Shown: positions 12,970-26,754 of the stretch, piece by piece | How positions within the stretch are numbered: position 1 is the stretch's first letter | Layout of the letters: each line of letters starts with the position of its first letter | Assembly: GCA_964016885.1 (NCBI GenBank) | Contig: OZ024742.1 | Span: forward strand, 109,802,001-109,866,000 | From: Eledone cirrhosa | Taxonomy: Eukaryota | Reading direction: 5' to 3' | DNA length: 64,000 nucleotides | Made by a program: the position numbers and the translations under genes | Notes under the pieces: model-generated | Database searches by the model: none | What the model saw: the letters and a program-made list of their open reading frames with translations, nothing else | What the model was told of the DNA's origin: nothing

Positions 12970-13058
12970 ATCCAATGTTTGGTGCAGAACTTCCGAAAAT
13001 GTTGGTAATCCATGTGATTGGTGCTGAGAGAGAATCTGATATGTTTCATTATTTTAAA
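12970..13058 (+). CDS. ZMYND15: ZMYND15-like coding exon 7
   Basis: LVIHVIGAERESD motif; tag acceptor, AAA|GTAAG donor. Confidence 0.88.
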
Positions 13059-13074
13059 GTAAGAAGTTTATCAT

Positions 13075-14050
13075 CATCATCATTACCATTTTATGTCTGC
13101 TTTATCTCACCAACTCTGCCCAAGTCATGCTTGGTCTTCCGTCCCTCAAGCTTCCTTCTACTTGGATTTCTAGGGACTTCTTTACCTAGCAATCATCATC
13201 CATGCACATCACATATCCATACCAGCAACGTTCTTTCTTGCACACTACATCTAATTCCTCTTATACCCAGCTTTTTTTCTCAGTTCATCCATGCTTTGTT
13301 GTTAACTCACATTAACATTGCATATCCATGCACGAAACATACTTGCTTCATTTCTCTCCAGGCTTTACATATCCTCTTGTATCAATTAATGATACCATTT
13401 CCTTTGTATCAATTAATGAGTATACTGGTGCATCAGTCATTGGGTATGACTCTATTTTGTATCACCTGATTGGCTATGCAGGTAACTAGTTTGGTGCCTA
13501 CTTCCCCTAGTGTCTATCTCTGATGATCCAGGACTACATTTTTCATCTTGATTGCTTCTTTGACCTTATAGCTATCAATTTAAGTAGCTGATCCCTCTGT
13601 TGGGTGAGCTATGGGTAGTTTCTCTTCCTCCCATTCATTCTCCACATTCATCAGCCTCTCATAGTAACATCAGTGATGCTAAGTACACTGGTGTCATTTC
13701 AAACAGACTTACTCCAACATCCTGATTCACACTGACACACTGCTTTGCAATGTGGAACACACCTCATGTCGTATGACATTGGTAAATCTCCTGCTTTCAG
13801 CTTGTTTACATGCTATGCATACCTGTCGTCTAATTTTTCTTTTAACTACTTGATATTGATCTTTTCTTCCCCCATTTTCCACTTTTTCTATTCTTGTCTC
13901 GTTTCTTTAGCTGCTCTATCCACAGTGCGTTTCTTTAGCTGCTCTATCCACAGTGCTGTTCCACCACCAGGTCACCCTCTTTCTGACTGGAGAAAAGTAC
14001 TAGCCACAAGTCTCATCTGTAGCCTGTAGTAGGTTATCATGTAGGAACTA
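13075..14050 (-). mobile_element. Degenerate RTE-type LINE fragments
   Basis: 13075-13380 resembles 27560-28015 (C-terminal WMC/GRP region, tail of cat repeats on + strand); ~13860-13990 reads TWWWNSTVD on the minus strand (EN-RT linker). Confidence 0.55.
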
Positions 14051-15514
14051 CCAATTGTCCTCTATGTCATATGTATCCAATTACTCCCCCCTCTGGTCAT
14101 ATGCATCACATAGAGTTTCTATTTTAAAAGAAAAGTCCTTTAGCTTTTATGATCTCCTCCTGATTGGCAGGTTATCAGGTGGCTAGCTGGTTAGATAAAG
14201 TTAGTGTTGCAAACGGTTATTTCATTTGCATCACAGAATTCTAGGATCTTTACTCCCTCTTCATTTCTCAAGCCATAACCCTAGCCATCATGTACTCTGG
14301 TGTAGTCATCCTGGTGCTGCCCAACATTTCAATTGAAATTGGCACCTAGGATGATGAGGTCTCTGTCATCTGATATTAGACAAGGCTTAAACCACCTATT
14401 AACAAAAATGTGTGTATCCAGTTTAGAATAAGTACACTGTATCTCTGCACGTTGTAAGCTGTGACTAAAAGAGTTACACTAAACAGTGGTGCATTGGGGG
14501 GTGGGGTGCTAACTGGGCTGTAGCCGGGGCTCTAAATTAAATTTTCAAATAAATTTTCAGCTAAGGTTTCATGCAAGCTTAATCTGTCCCTGACACTAAG
14601 AAGAGCATCCAGTTGTAAAACGTTCTCTCAAAAAGGACTTTGTGATGGGTAAGAAGCTTGTCACGGGGACCCACAAGGCTAACTTTGCTTTAACAAGGAA
14701 AAAATAGCCCTAAAATGCTTGTTTTGGTTGTATATATATATATAAATATTTACTCGTTGTAACCCAACAATCTTAAATAAAACTTTTGCATATATATATA
14801 TATATATATTTCCCCAAACCTAGGAAGGTTGAATGTTATTTATCTTAATTGATGGGGAATTTCTGAACTACAAATTAGAGACAACATCATGTGCATTGAA
14901 TGATAAATGTTAAAATATGATGTTAAGATGTTACCTTACATTATTTTATAGGACCTTATATTTCAGGATAAAATCCTTCAATCAAAAAATTGAGGAAACT
15001 AATTCAGAGTTATATATTTTTTGTTGCTCTTAAGCTGCTATTCAAAAATGGAAGTTTAAGAACTGCAACATAACATCCCAACATCTTTGTTATCATAATT
15101 TTAACATTTACCATCCAATTCACATTATGGTAGCTTTCAAATAAAACTCTACTTTTATACACTGCACAATACTTTAAGCAAACTATAACACCATCTTACC
15201 ATCATTCAATGTTTGGAACCATTCATCTAATATGTAATCTTAATTTTACTATTTGATTATTTTTCAAAAGCTATTTGATACAACTCCTTAATTTAGATAG
15301 TAAGATGTCAGATGTCCCTTAGCTCAGTGGCTAGAGCACTCAGCTAGTATCTGAGAGATACAAGGTTCAATCTCTCATATCAGTTGCTGGCAACTTCTTG
15401 TTCCATCTCTAAGGGTTTTTACCCTATTTTACAGTAATTGACTGTACTTACAATCATTTTCTGCACCGGAGCATATTACATATTTCATTTAATTTTTTTT
15501 TTCTTTCTTTCCAG

Positions 15515-15680
15515 GAACTTACTTGCTTATTGCCTTCCTATTTGTTAGAAATCCACCTGTATGGTAAAAAGGTCTCTCGGAATGCAAATGGATGGAGGAA
15601 GCTAATAGACAACATGTCTTTTCAGTTACATCGAGGACATTGGCACAGTTTTTCAGGAGAATCTCCTCATTTTGTGATAG
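15515..15680 (+). CDS. ZMYND15: ZMYND15-like coding exon 8
   Basis: ELTCLLPSYLLEIHLYG...HRGHWHSFSGESPHFVI; polypyrimidine-ccag acceptor, G|GTGAC donor. Confidence 0.88.
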
Positions 15681-16171
15681 GTGACTTGCTATATATATCT
15701 TGATATTTTGGCACAGAATTACTGGTTGGAAAATCAGTTTCATAGAATATATCATACATCCATGCATATCTGTAGCCTAATAATCTGTAAGTAAAAGAGA
15801 GCTCTATAAACAGTGGAAGAGCTATATTTTTATTAATTACATAATAGGCTACCATTTGGTTTCCTACTCAAAGAAGTATATTTATAGGAGCCACTTTGTC
15901 TCTTACATGTGAGTATTCATCTGGTCTCCTATATATATGGCTGACGAGAGAGAGATGGAGGGGGAGAAAGGGCGAGAGTGAGCCAGCTTCAGTGCTTGAT
16001 GGTATCTAATTAAGTACTTTGTTCAAATTTTGTTGATATCGTCTTCACTTTTCAAACATCTTTCTAGGTTGATATAATAATTCCCAATAATATAAATCAA
16101 CTGTACTGTGCTCTTATATCACCAACCATTTTATAGAGTGTACTAATAAATGTTTATTTCTTTTTTTGCAG

Positions 16172-16230
16172 GTTTTAATGCTGGCCTGGGTGCTTATAAA
16201 TCCTGGACTAACACTCTGAAGAGGTTACAG
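16172..16230 (+). CDS. ZMYND15: ZMYND15-like coding exon 9
   Basis: GFNAGLGAYKSWTNTLKRLQ; tgcag acceptor, CAG|GTAGG donor. Confidence 0.9.
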
Positions 16231-16593
16231 GTAGGTTTACTGTTTTTAAATTCAGACATAGAAATTCTATGAAAATAAAACAAAGTAACCAGTACAATTC
16301 TCTCCGTCTCATCAAATGTTCAGTCTTGTCATTTGTCATGCTCATACAGTCTAATAATTATGTTAAGAGTTCATGTTTCCCTACCTTCCAACCTCCTCTT
16401 TCTTCACTCCCCTTGATGATATATTATTTCCTTTTCCAACAAGCATGAAACTAATAAGACTGTGTAATTGTATTTCTGTGTTTAAATTTTCTAATCTTTC
16501 CATAGAGTGCTGCTTACACATTAATTTCACAAGTAGAAATCCAGCTGTTTTAGTGGATCAAATATAAATTGTTGTCTTTCTTGTATCTTTCAG

Positions 16594-16815
16594 AAGGAGA
16601 ATATTCCTGCCTATTTCACTGAGTACTGCCAATACAGTCATGATTGGTCAGCCATGGCTCTGAAGAAACTGAAATCTGGAATAAGACTAACGGCCCCCAT
16701 AATTAACCCATTTAGGAGCCCTGTACATATGTTTTCTGATGAGCACTGCATGCCTTCCTATAGTAATGCTTTCCTCAGCCACTTGGAATATGAAAGCATT
16801 GAAGGTTTTGAATAA
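16594..16815 (+). CDS. ZMYND15: ZMYND15-like terminal coding exon 10; joined CDS 1521 nt = 506 aa
   Basis: IPAYFTEYCQYS...INPFRSP...MPSYSNAFLSHLEY then stop; matches the ZMYND15 C-terminus pattern (PAFFTE..EYS...NPFRSP...YCNAFIFHL); all intron phases add up. Confidence 0.92.
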   Translation, partial: KENIPAYFTEYCQYSHDWSAMALKKLKSGIRLTAPIINPFRSPVHMFSDEHCMPSYSNAFLSHLEYESIEGFE

Positions 16816-19426
16816 CTACTGACTTTACTTCAATGAAGACTTTGTTTAGGGAGAAATACTTAACCATTTGCTTTGGGATTGTACATGTCTGGAAAGGGAC
16901 TTGATTTGAAACTAAAGCAATTACACTATGGAAGAGTGGAAGTGGAACTGTGCTAGTAACCAGGTTACAGACTCCAAGAATTAAATGATAGATGTAAAGT
17001 GAATTTAACAGTTTGTGTTTTTTTGGGGGGTATTTTTTTAAATGGCTAAAATGATTCTTCCATACTTTAATTTAATGTTTTGAAGATTCATATTGTTGTG
17101 AAATCATGAAACCAACACTACCACTTTACAGAGTGGGCTGAGTGCATTATATTGTGACATCAACACTACTACATTTGTGTTCATCACCATTTAATATCCA
17201 CCAATGCTTGCATAGTTTAGACAGGTTATGTTATGTTAAGACTATACTAGGTGTATTATATCATGGCACTAGCACTACTACTTCACAAGGTGAACTGAGT
17301 GTATTTTATTATAGCACCAACCTACCACTTCAGAGTAGACCGAGTGCATTTTATCATGCCACCAGCACTACTACATTAGTGCTGTTCATCATCATTTAAT
17401 ATCCACCAATGCTTGCATAATTTAGACAGGTTGTTATGTTATGGGACAAGTCAGGTCAGGTGATCATACCTTTCTCATATAGATCTGTTTTGGGCTTGGT
17501 GTCTACAGATAGATCCCTTACTAATGCCAACCACATTACTGGGTGCTTGTGTTGTGGCACCAGCCCTATCACCATTCTGAGTGGACTAGGTGCTTTGTGA
17601 TAGAGTATATGAATTACATTTATCTACAAATAATTACTCAGAGACGTATTAGAGAATAAAGCAATTTATTTTCAGATATATTAAAACTATAGAGAACAGT
17701 TAAACAAAATAAGAAAAAATATAATAATAAAACAAAATCAGACAATATCAATTGTTATAATAATAAATTTGGCAAGTTTATAGTGTAAACCAACAAAATG
17801 ATGTCTGAATTGTAAGCAGTATGAAGATCAATATCATCATAAAAACATTCATAATTTCACTAACAGTGACCTGGGTTAGACCTTCAAAGTGATTTCATCA
17901 CAATTGGCTTGGGTTGGACGGATCTGCACAGCATTATCATTCCAACTATATTTTTTTTCTTCAAGAACATCCCACTCCTCTTCTCTCACATTAATATCAT
18001 ACACGCGTAATATGTATGTGATTACATATAAGTATTGTGTTTGATATATATAAATATATATATATATACATTTAATTATGTAATAAAACCAACAGTACTT
18101 TTACAATCGCTGATGACTACAGACTACTGATACTCAACACCGACTTCAGAATTTTTCTGGAACTCAAAATACATCTTTCTCCTTTGTTGAAGGTGCCAGA
18201 AGTTTTATTCCTTTGTAAAATAATTGTTGGTTTTATTATATAATGAAATTCTACCATTTTGGTATTGAGTGCTTTCTTCTGATATCTATGATATATATAC
18301 ATCTATTATCATTTAATGTTTTGGTATGAGTTGACATACATACAAATAGATATTATATTTATTTAGTATTGATGGTCACAAGAATGAGTACTAAATATCA
18401 TAGATAAGATTAATAATTTTATTAATGTCAAAAAAAATGATCCGTTATTCTGGTATTTCTCCTGTATGTTTACAGAATCATCAGATAACCATAAATGCCT
18501 GATGGCCATATAAATACACAGGAGAAACTCCAGGGTTATAGGACATTGATTTGACCTTAAAATTACACATATATATATATATATATAGACACACACTATA
18601 TACATTTCTCATTCATTTATACATTTCTCATTCATTTCTACATTTGCCTGTTCATCTTCAGATTAGCAACAGGAATTAAAATTGCTAATAGATTTTACCC
18701 CCAAATCTCACCCAACACATATCAAGCCAATTCTTTTGTTTGTATAGGATTGTCTTTTAGGAATGCCAACTTATTTAATACATTTTCACACCATTACCAT
18801 AAAATAAAGATAGTGTTAAAAAAAAAAAAAAGAGCCGATTGTGAGCTCGGACCAGAGAAACAATGTTTCCATTGGTCTTTCCGTTACTGAAACTATCTGG
18901 CTTTCACAACCTGTGGCAGAGGGAGCAACATGAAATATTGTATTTTGCTTAAGAACACAACTTGCCACCCGGTAGAGGAATTGAACCCCAAGAACCATAT
19001 GTTCGTGAGTTCAACAACCTAGCCACTAGGCCAGATGCCTTTTCACCCAAGCCCAGCCACTTTCAATATTCATTCTCTCTCAACATACAAATTTGCTTTT
19101 CAGACTTGTAGATACAATAGCAGTTTATCTACCATTTAGTTGGTTTAACTTTGCAATAATCATAAGAGTTCTTGTGTTTTTAACATCTAGATTACCTATA
19201 ATTTCTAGACCTACCACAGCACATTAACTACTAAAACTTTAAAGAGGAAAAGAAAAAAGAACGAGCGAAAGAAATAAAAGAGCAAGAAGAACAAGGATTA
19301 GGATAAGCAAAGGGTTTAAAGAAGGACAAGTGAAGAAAAAGAGGAAGTATAGAAAAAGAAAAATGTAGTAGTAGTAGGAGGAACAGCAGTAGTGGTAGTA
19401 GTAGAAATCTGAAGTTTTTTTTACAC

Positions 19427-19457
<31 letters not shown>

Positions 19458-22233
19458 TTTATGAAAAAATTGTTTAAAGTAAAAATAATGATTTTGGTCA
19501 TCTGCATAACATAAGAGTAGAATAAATGGTATATATTTAGGTATATGTGTGTGTAAATCTACATGTATATATAGACATGTGTGTGTGTGGATGTATATGT
19601 GTGACTGTATGAATATACTGTACATGTATAATATATATGTATCTATTTATGTTATAATATATGTATTAATATAATATGCATATTTGTGTAAACGCATATA
19701 TATGCGTGTATGTTAATTTGAAATATGTAAAGGATAGTCCACTTGTTCAAAATGGTACAATTATAAATTTTTGGGTGTGGTCTTAATATCAATGACCAAC
19801 CTAGTTTGTGAATAGAAGGGACGGGAGGCATAGCTGCAGGCAGCTAAATATGGGTGGGAGTATTAGAGAAAGTAGGATATTGTATAATAATTGGCAAATG
19901 TTTCTTGATGCTGCAGTGCTGGGCACAAATTCCTCCCTCAAACTCGACTACCCTTAGATAGAGGGAGACATGTCTCTTTCCTGGAAGTCAAAGAAGAGAA
20001 AAATAAAAAGCCAATTGTCAGATTGAACCAAAAAAATATTTCCATTGTAGAAGGAGCAATATGAAATGAAGTCCAGGAATCAAACTCATGACCTTATGAT
20101 TGTAAGTGCAACACCCTAACCACAAAGCCATGTGCCTTCAAATGAGGAGGGAGAGTGTAATTACCCATATTAGGTAGATTTAATTTAGAAAAGGGCAAGG
20201 GGACAGTTATTTGGTTGGCACTGTTTATCACGTATGTGTGTGATAATATATTGATAGATTTGAGTGTATGTGTGTTGGATCTCCATTAGTTCAAATGAGT
20301 GTAACAGTTATTTGAACAACAGAACAGCCTGCTCATGACTGAGGATTTCACAGTAATGTGTACCCTTAATGTAATTCTCAGGAGAGATTCAGCATGATGG
20401 TGTGTGACTAGGCTGGTCCTTTTGAACTACAGATACACCTTGTTTTTGCCTGTTTAGTCGATTGGAGCAATGTGAAATAAAGTGTCTTGCTCAAGGACAC
20501 AACACACTACTGGGATTAGGAATCAAACTCATAACCTTATAATCATGAACCGAATGCCTAACCACTAAGCTACATGCCTTCACTATTTTGCGTATCAATG
20601 TAGCCAGCATAACAACATTGTCTATGTGAGTATGAATAAATACTTCAATGTCAAACTTGCACATTAAGGGATGAAAGGGATGGTTTCCTAATTGTAAATC
20701 CAAGAAAAGATCTTTTTTTTTAAATCAAAATAAAAAAACTGTCAGTCTTCCTTTTCAAGTGGAATAATTTTTCATCCCTTGCTGTCTTTTTTAATTCTAT
20801 TAAAAACTGACATTTTTTCAAATAAATTTCTTAGTAAGTGTAGTGCTTTTTTGTCACACTGAACATATTTTTAAAAAAAGGAATATTCAAAAACATGAGT
20901 GCAGGTGGAGATTCTATATAATAGCAGGACTGTTTTCTTCCACCACACACACACAGCTCGCCACACACTTTTTTTTTCTTTTTTTTTCTCCACTCCAGAG
21001 GAGCTGGCATACTTAACTACTTGGTCATTTAACTCTTACAATTTTTTTTTTTTTTTTTTTTTAATGACCCTATAGCAAGGGCCAAAAGTGACCAGTTTCT
21101 AAGGCTAAGATTTAGTCTACTGACTAACCAAAGTATTTGGAGTAGAGAATAACTCGGTTTAGATAAGATTAACCACCAAAGAGGCTAAAAAAAATCAATT
21201 AAGGTATTGGTAATGTTTCAGGAATATCTTTCTGATTATGGGGGTGAGGTGGAGGGAAAAAAACGCATAATGCCTGTGAAACTTAATACTAAAACAATTA
21301 TCTGTAATGTGGTTATCATCATATTCATAAAATATAAGCTAGCATATAATTTCTAATCAAGGGGTGAAAGGGGAAATACCTAATGCTTGTGAAACTTAAT
21401 ACTGAAAAAAAAAAGAAAAAAATTCTATGTAATTAATGTGGTCATCATGATATTTATAAAGGCTGCAGTATTATTACTTTATGCCAAATTATAACCATTG
21501 TAAAAAAAACATAAAACATTACCAACAAAAATATGAAATATCTCACTATTTATAACAATAAGGAATTTCCTTTTATCTGTGGTGCAAAGCCACAAACTTG
21601 AGGAGTTACTCAGTTTATCAAAAAACTAGAGAAATGATACAAAGGAGGAACATTTGACCTTAGAATATTAAAGAGACAGAACTAAATACTGCAATGCAGT
21701 AAGTCCCAACTCTCTAATAACTCAATAAACATAACGGAAAGGATGAAAGGAAAGGAAACTCGACGAGATTTGAACCCAGAACGTAAAGGGCCAGAATAAA
21801 TACTATATTGCATTTTTCTGACACTCTAACGATTCTGTGAATCCACCACCCTAATAATAATAATAATAATAATAATAATGGTTTCTAAATTTAAGCACAA
21901 GGTCAGCAATATAAGCGGAAGGGGAAAATCGATTCTTTCAGCCCTAGTAATTCCATGATACTTTTATTTCATCAACCCCGGAGTTCAAATCCCGCCGAGG
22001 GCAAGTTTGCCTTCCATCCTTTCCGGGGGTGGGGTGGAGTCGATAAAACAAAGTACCAGTGAAGTTCTGAGGTCGATATAATCGACTTACTCTTTCCCTC
22101 CCACCAAAATTGCTGGCATTGAGCCTAACTAAATTAGAAACGATAATATTAATAATAGTAATAATAATAATAACAATAAGAAAAACAATAATTATGATCT
22201 ATAATTAATGACATGATTTTTCTGTAAACTTCT

Positions 22234-22832
22234 TTAAATGTTAATCTTTCCTATAGGAGTTTGATTCTCAAAGACCGAAACAATATTCAATGCGGCATTA
22301 TAAGACATATTGTTCCTCGCTTCCCAAGTGTTGCTACCCATATGAGGTGTCACAACACAATTTGGGAGCTGGTTTAGTCGATGTTCTTTTGGCAGTGGTT
22401 CTGGCTCTGTGACATCCAGACCAGCAGCACCAATGTCATGGTTTTTCAGAGCGTCATACAAGTCATCATGATTGATGACTCCACCACGACTGGTGTTTAT
22501 GAGAATTGCCGTGTTCTTCATTTTCTTGAAGTTCTCCTTGTTGAATAAATAATGAGTCTCTGGAGTCAAGTTGCAGCAGATGCAAATGACGTCCGACTCT
22601 TTCAACAAGGTCTCCAGATCGACAAATTCCGCTCCCAATTCTTGGGCAAATGTTGATTCTCTAATGTCGTTATAAATGAGGCGAGAAATACAAAAAGCTT
22701 TCATGCGCCTAGCCACACCGTATCCAATTCTACCGAAACCGAGTACCCCAATGGTACGGTTTGCAAAACTAGATCCCAAAATCCACATTGGTTTCCAGAG
22801 GCCCCAATTGCCATTTCGAACAGCAGTGATAC
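22234..22832 (-). CDS. GRHPR: Glyoxylate reductase/hydroxypyruvate reductase, exon 3 (NAD(P)-binding domain and C-terminus)
   Basis: GVLGFGRIG Rossmann motif, INTSRGGV, AAGLDVTEPEPLP, TPHMGS; acceptor aag at 22833; stop at 22234. Confidence 0.93.
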
Positions 22833-23044
22833 CTTAAAAAAAGAAAAATAAAAAAAAATTATAATTATAAAAATATAACAATTATGATTCAACATCGTCA
22901 TTTTACATTCTGCTTTCCATACTGGCATATGTTGGACAGGTTGTTATAGTTGGAGGCTAGACAGTTTCATATTTCTTGCTCATATATTCTACATTTGGTA
23001 TGGTTTCTACAGCTGGATGCCTTTCCTAATGCCAACCATTTACA

Positions 23045-23520
23045 AAAACAAGGGAGACAAAACTGTTTGCTCCAAAGGCAGCAATGTAAACACTCTTATC
23101 TATAGCTGGAAGTCATGCTGAAAAGACTGGTCTCATCAACATAGTAAACCTTGTAGCAGAATATAGCTTCCTCGGGGATTGTAACACAGTCAACATAACC
23201 TTTGTTTAATGGAAGCATCAGGGAAAATAAAAGGAGCAACATCAAGGCCTGAACTTTGCATTTGCAGATCTGTTAAAAGGAACTTTTGTAGGATGTTCTT
23301 AGAAAACTTGGTTGCCAGTTGAAAACTTATAAATCATTGCACAGGTGAAAAGAACATCTTTGAGGTCCACCTGCCTGACCATGATGTAGTGAAAAAGATG
23401 TCAATGTTTTTATCTGGGAAGCATCCGTGAGGTTTTATGTTTGTTCTTCTGCTAGAAGATGATCTTGGTAATGGTGAGGTACTGCTCTACACCCAGAGAA
23501 ACAAGTTTGATGTCATTGTT
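23045..23520 (+). mobile_element. Highly degenerate LINE (RTE-like) reverse transcriptase relic in GRHPR intron 2
   Basis: Remnant QYSF...NFAFADL motif with many stops. Confidence 0.4.
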
Positions 23521-23987
23521 TCTAGTTGTCCTTATACAATGTTCCTTAATCAATTGATATAAGAATATAAATCAACTGATCTATACTTTAGACTGTGAAT
23601 TGACAGAATCAGTACATTCCATAGAATACTTTATGGTATTCATTCCAGCTATCTGTACTCTGAGTGCAAATCTTGTTGCGGTCAACTTTGCCTTTCATCC
23701 TTCCAAGGTGAATAAAAAACATACAAGTCCAAACTTGGGTCGTTTCTTCCTCTAAATATCTTTCTCACCTCTCTATCACTTTTGAAATTGGCTGTATTCA
23801 GACCTGGCAGGGAGATGAGCTCCACCAGGTTTTAAAAATGCCCAAGAAATGCCATATGGCATTATGATGCCCTTACGACTTATGAGTCAGAAGAAAAAAG
23901 ATCTATACTTTACTATATGCAGATATATTCTGTGCAAAAGTTAGAATTACATGTGTAGTAGAAAAGATAGCAATGAATTTTACTTAC

Positions 23988-24158
23988 CTTCCTCTATACG
24001 CCTGCTAACCGCTAACGCTAAAGTAACAGCGAACTCCGAAACACAATCCGTGGATACCTTTGAGAGATTGCACGCAATGATGTTGCGTGCTTTACACTCC
24101 TTCAAGTCAATATGTTCATACCCAACTGAAAAAGTGGACACCACCTTCAAACTAGGAC
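23988..24158 (-). CDS. GRHPR: GRHPR exon 2
   Basis: GPSLKVVSTFSVGYEHIDLKECKARNI...DCVSEFAVTLALAVSRRIEE; tttcag acceptor, G|GTAAGT donor; phase 1 at both ends. Confidence 0.92.
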
Positions 24159-24420
24159 CTGAAATACATAAACAGATTTTTTAAATCATTTTTTTTTTCT
24201 GTAGAGAGAATTTTCTTCCCCTTTTTAATTTATTTCTTGGAAAAAAGAAACAATTTGTGGAGAAAAAAAGACTACTGTGCAAGATAAGATAAAAAAGGGA
24301 AAAGGAAAGAAAATGAGAGTAAAAGAACCATATTTTTTTTATAACTGTTGTAAAGGCTGTGCAAGTATGGACATGTGAAGCGTATGAAGGATGTCAATTG
24401 TATAAAGAAGTGGTAAGCCC

Positions 24421-24662
24421 TTAACCCTTTTGATATCAACCAGCCTGAAACCTCCCCTGATTCTATGATACAAAACTGTTTTAGTGTTTATATTTATCTA
24501 AAAACCACCCATCATAATTTTATGTGAGAACTTTTGTTAAATTATGCTCAAACAGCAGTTTCATAATAAGAAAGTTATATTATAAAATCTCTCCAAATTC
24601 TTCAAAATTACTTTAAAATTTTAGTGTATTTCATTAGAAATATAGTAATGAAAGAATTCAAG
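24421..24662. mobile_element. piggyBac-like MITE (TTAA-CCCTT end); related pieces at ~9305-9570, ~10085-10790 and ~12475-12845
   Basis: Begins ttaacccttttgatatc; shared internal motif ccatcataattttatgt. Confidence 0.5.
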
Positions 24663-24927
24663 TTGATGGAACTTATGAAAGAGAAGAACTAAGACACGAA
24701 AAGAAATGACAAACAACACAATGATTGGTGGCACATGGTCTTGGAGAAGATCCCCCAGTAATAGGAAGATGCCTAATGTTCTCCTAAGTCCCCTTCTCTA
24801 CCTACTACTTTATTCACTATACACACTGCTTACCCTCTGTACAACACCACCATGTAGCAAGGTGTGGCAGTTGGCCTAGCCATACTCTATACCTCTCCCA
24901 TCAGTCACATTATTATTATCATCACAG

Positions 24928-25111
24928 GGTGGTGAATTGGCAGTATCGGTAGAGGGTCGGACGCCATGCTTTGCAGCACAGTTACGTCCCTTTACGGACT
25001 CAGTTCAAATCCCACCGAGGTTAACTTTGCCTTTCATCTTTACGGGGTCGATAAAATAAAGTACCAGTAATGCACTGGGTAATTGCTGGCCTTGTGCCAA
25101 ATGTAGAAACA
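24928..25111 (+). mobile_element. Nin/Deu-core SINE with 16-bp TSD
   Basis: attattatcatcacag at 24912-24927 and 25112-25127. Confidence 0.88.
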
Positions 25112-25349
25112 ATTATTATCATCACAGTACTTTCTCCGCCATCACACACCTATCACTCCCACAGTACTTTCTCCACTATCACTCCCACAGTACTTTCTCC
25201 ACTATCACTCTCATAGTACTTTTCCCACCATCACCAATCTAATTTATCTTCAACCTCAACCAACACCCTCCACTGCTAATTGTAAATCTCTCCTTTCTGC
25301 CCTGCCCCACCACCTATGATTGGTCAATATCCTCTATTTCCACAATATC

Positions 25350-26058
25350 TCTCGAAGGCGTGGACCTGGGGAGTGTGGAGTCCTGCGTTTACCTGGGCTC
25401 AACAGTGGTTCCAACGGGACAGAGCGCAGCCGAGGTCAAGTGTCGCATAGGTGCTGCCAGATCCGCTTTTGGGCGCCTGCAGCGGTGTCTGTGGGACAGA
25501 AGAGAGATCACCTCGGCGACCAAAGGGTGAATCTACCAGGCCGTTGTTAGCACTATCCTCCTCTATGGCTGTGAAGCATGGCCTATGAGGGTAGTCGATC
25601 AACGAGGGCTGGAGGTCTTCAACAATGACTGTCTCCGCCACATTTTTCGCTGCCGACGCGTTGATCGGGTACCTACCACCAGTCTTCGTCTGAATCTTCG
25701 ACCCCTTCCTTCAGTGCTTCTGCAACGGCGCTTGAGAAGGTGTGGTCATGCGGTCCGGCGCCCTGAGGGTGAGCTGATCCGTGATGTTCTCCTCCCACCT
25801 CCACTCCTTAACTGGCGCAAGGGCGTTGGCAGGCAGCTGAAGACCTGGGCAACGATGATCAAGAAAGACCTCTCTGAACTCTCAGGTCCACAGGTGGTCG
25901 GCCTGTGCCGATAGAACCGTGACTGGCTCGCTATCTCCAGTGACCTAGCTCGGGACCGTCGTGCGTGGGCTGCCATGGTTCGGGATGCCGTCAGGACAAG
26001 GGAAGAAGCCGACTCAACCCGTCCAGGATGAATGTCGACACAAGTACAAGTAGTAAGT
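25350..26058 (+). mobile_element. 5'-truncated RTE-clade LINE, 3' end with (CAAGTA)-like tail
   Basis: YLGS...EVKCRIGAARSAFGRLQ...IYQAVVSTILLYGCEAW...QRRLR.CGHAVRR...QLKTW...LARDRRAW; few stops; GC-rich. Confidence 0.9.
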
Positions 26059-26754
26059 ATCTCCACAGTGCTGTCCACACCCCATTCTACCTTCTGCACA
26101 CTTCTGTTATCTAATCTCCTACCAACAACCAGCATGTGACCCTTTTACTGTCTTCCCCACTACACAATACATTTGCCCATCTTAGCCACCATATCCTCCC
26201 ATTTCACTTGCCTTGGAACAAGATGTCACTATAAAAGACGGTGACTACATTCTGTAATGTAGCTTGGCATTCGAACAGTAACAACAAAGGATACAAGGAT
26301 CCCTATAGTTACATAAAGGAAACTTAATAGGGCTGGAAAAGACTCTTCAGTCATGTCAAGAGTATGACAGTCTCTTTAGTCATACTGTCACATTAAAATG
26401 TACCCAGGGCACCCAGCCATAAAATGATGGACATTAGGAAGGACATCCAGCCATAGAAACAATGCCCAAACTAAAATGTAATGAGCAACCTGTCTGGGAG
26501 GACTGTAGCTCCAGTAAAGTACTAACTAGGTCTGTAACATGACTAGCCGATTCCAGCATGGAAATTCAAATGTAAAATAATGATGATGATGATGTGATGA
26601 GATAAAGTAAAATTCTGAAACCCTTCATATGATAAGACTTAATTCCAAACACGTAGCAATGTTTAGAAGATAGATATGTGTGACTGCTATATCTTGTGCC
26701 AGATACATATCTTGAGTATGTCAATCTAGTGGAAAGGAAAAATACAGGACATTT

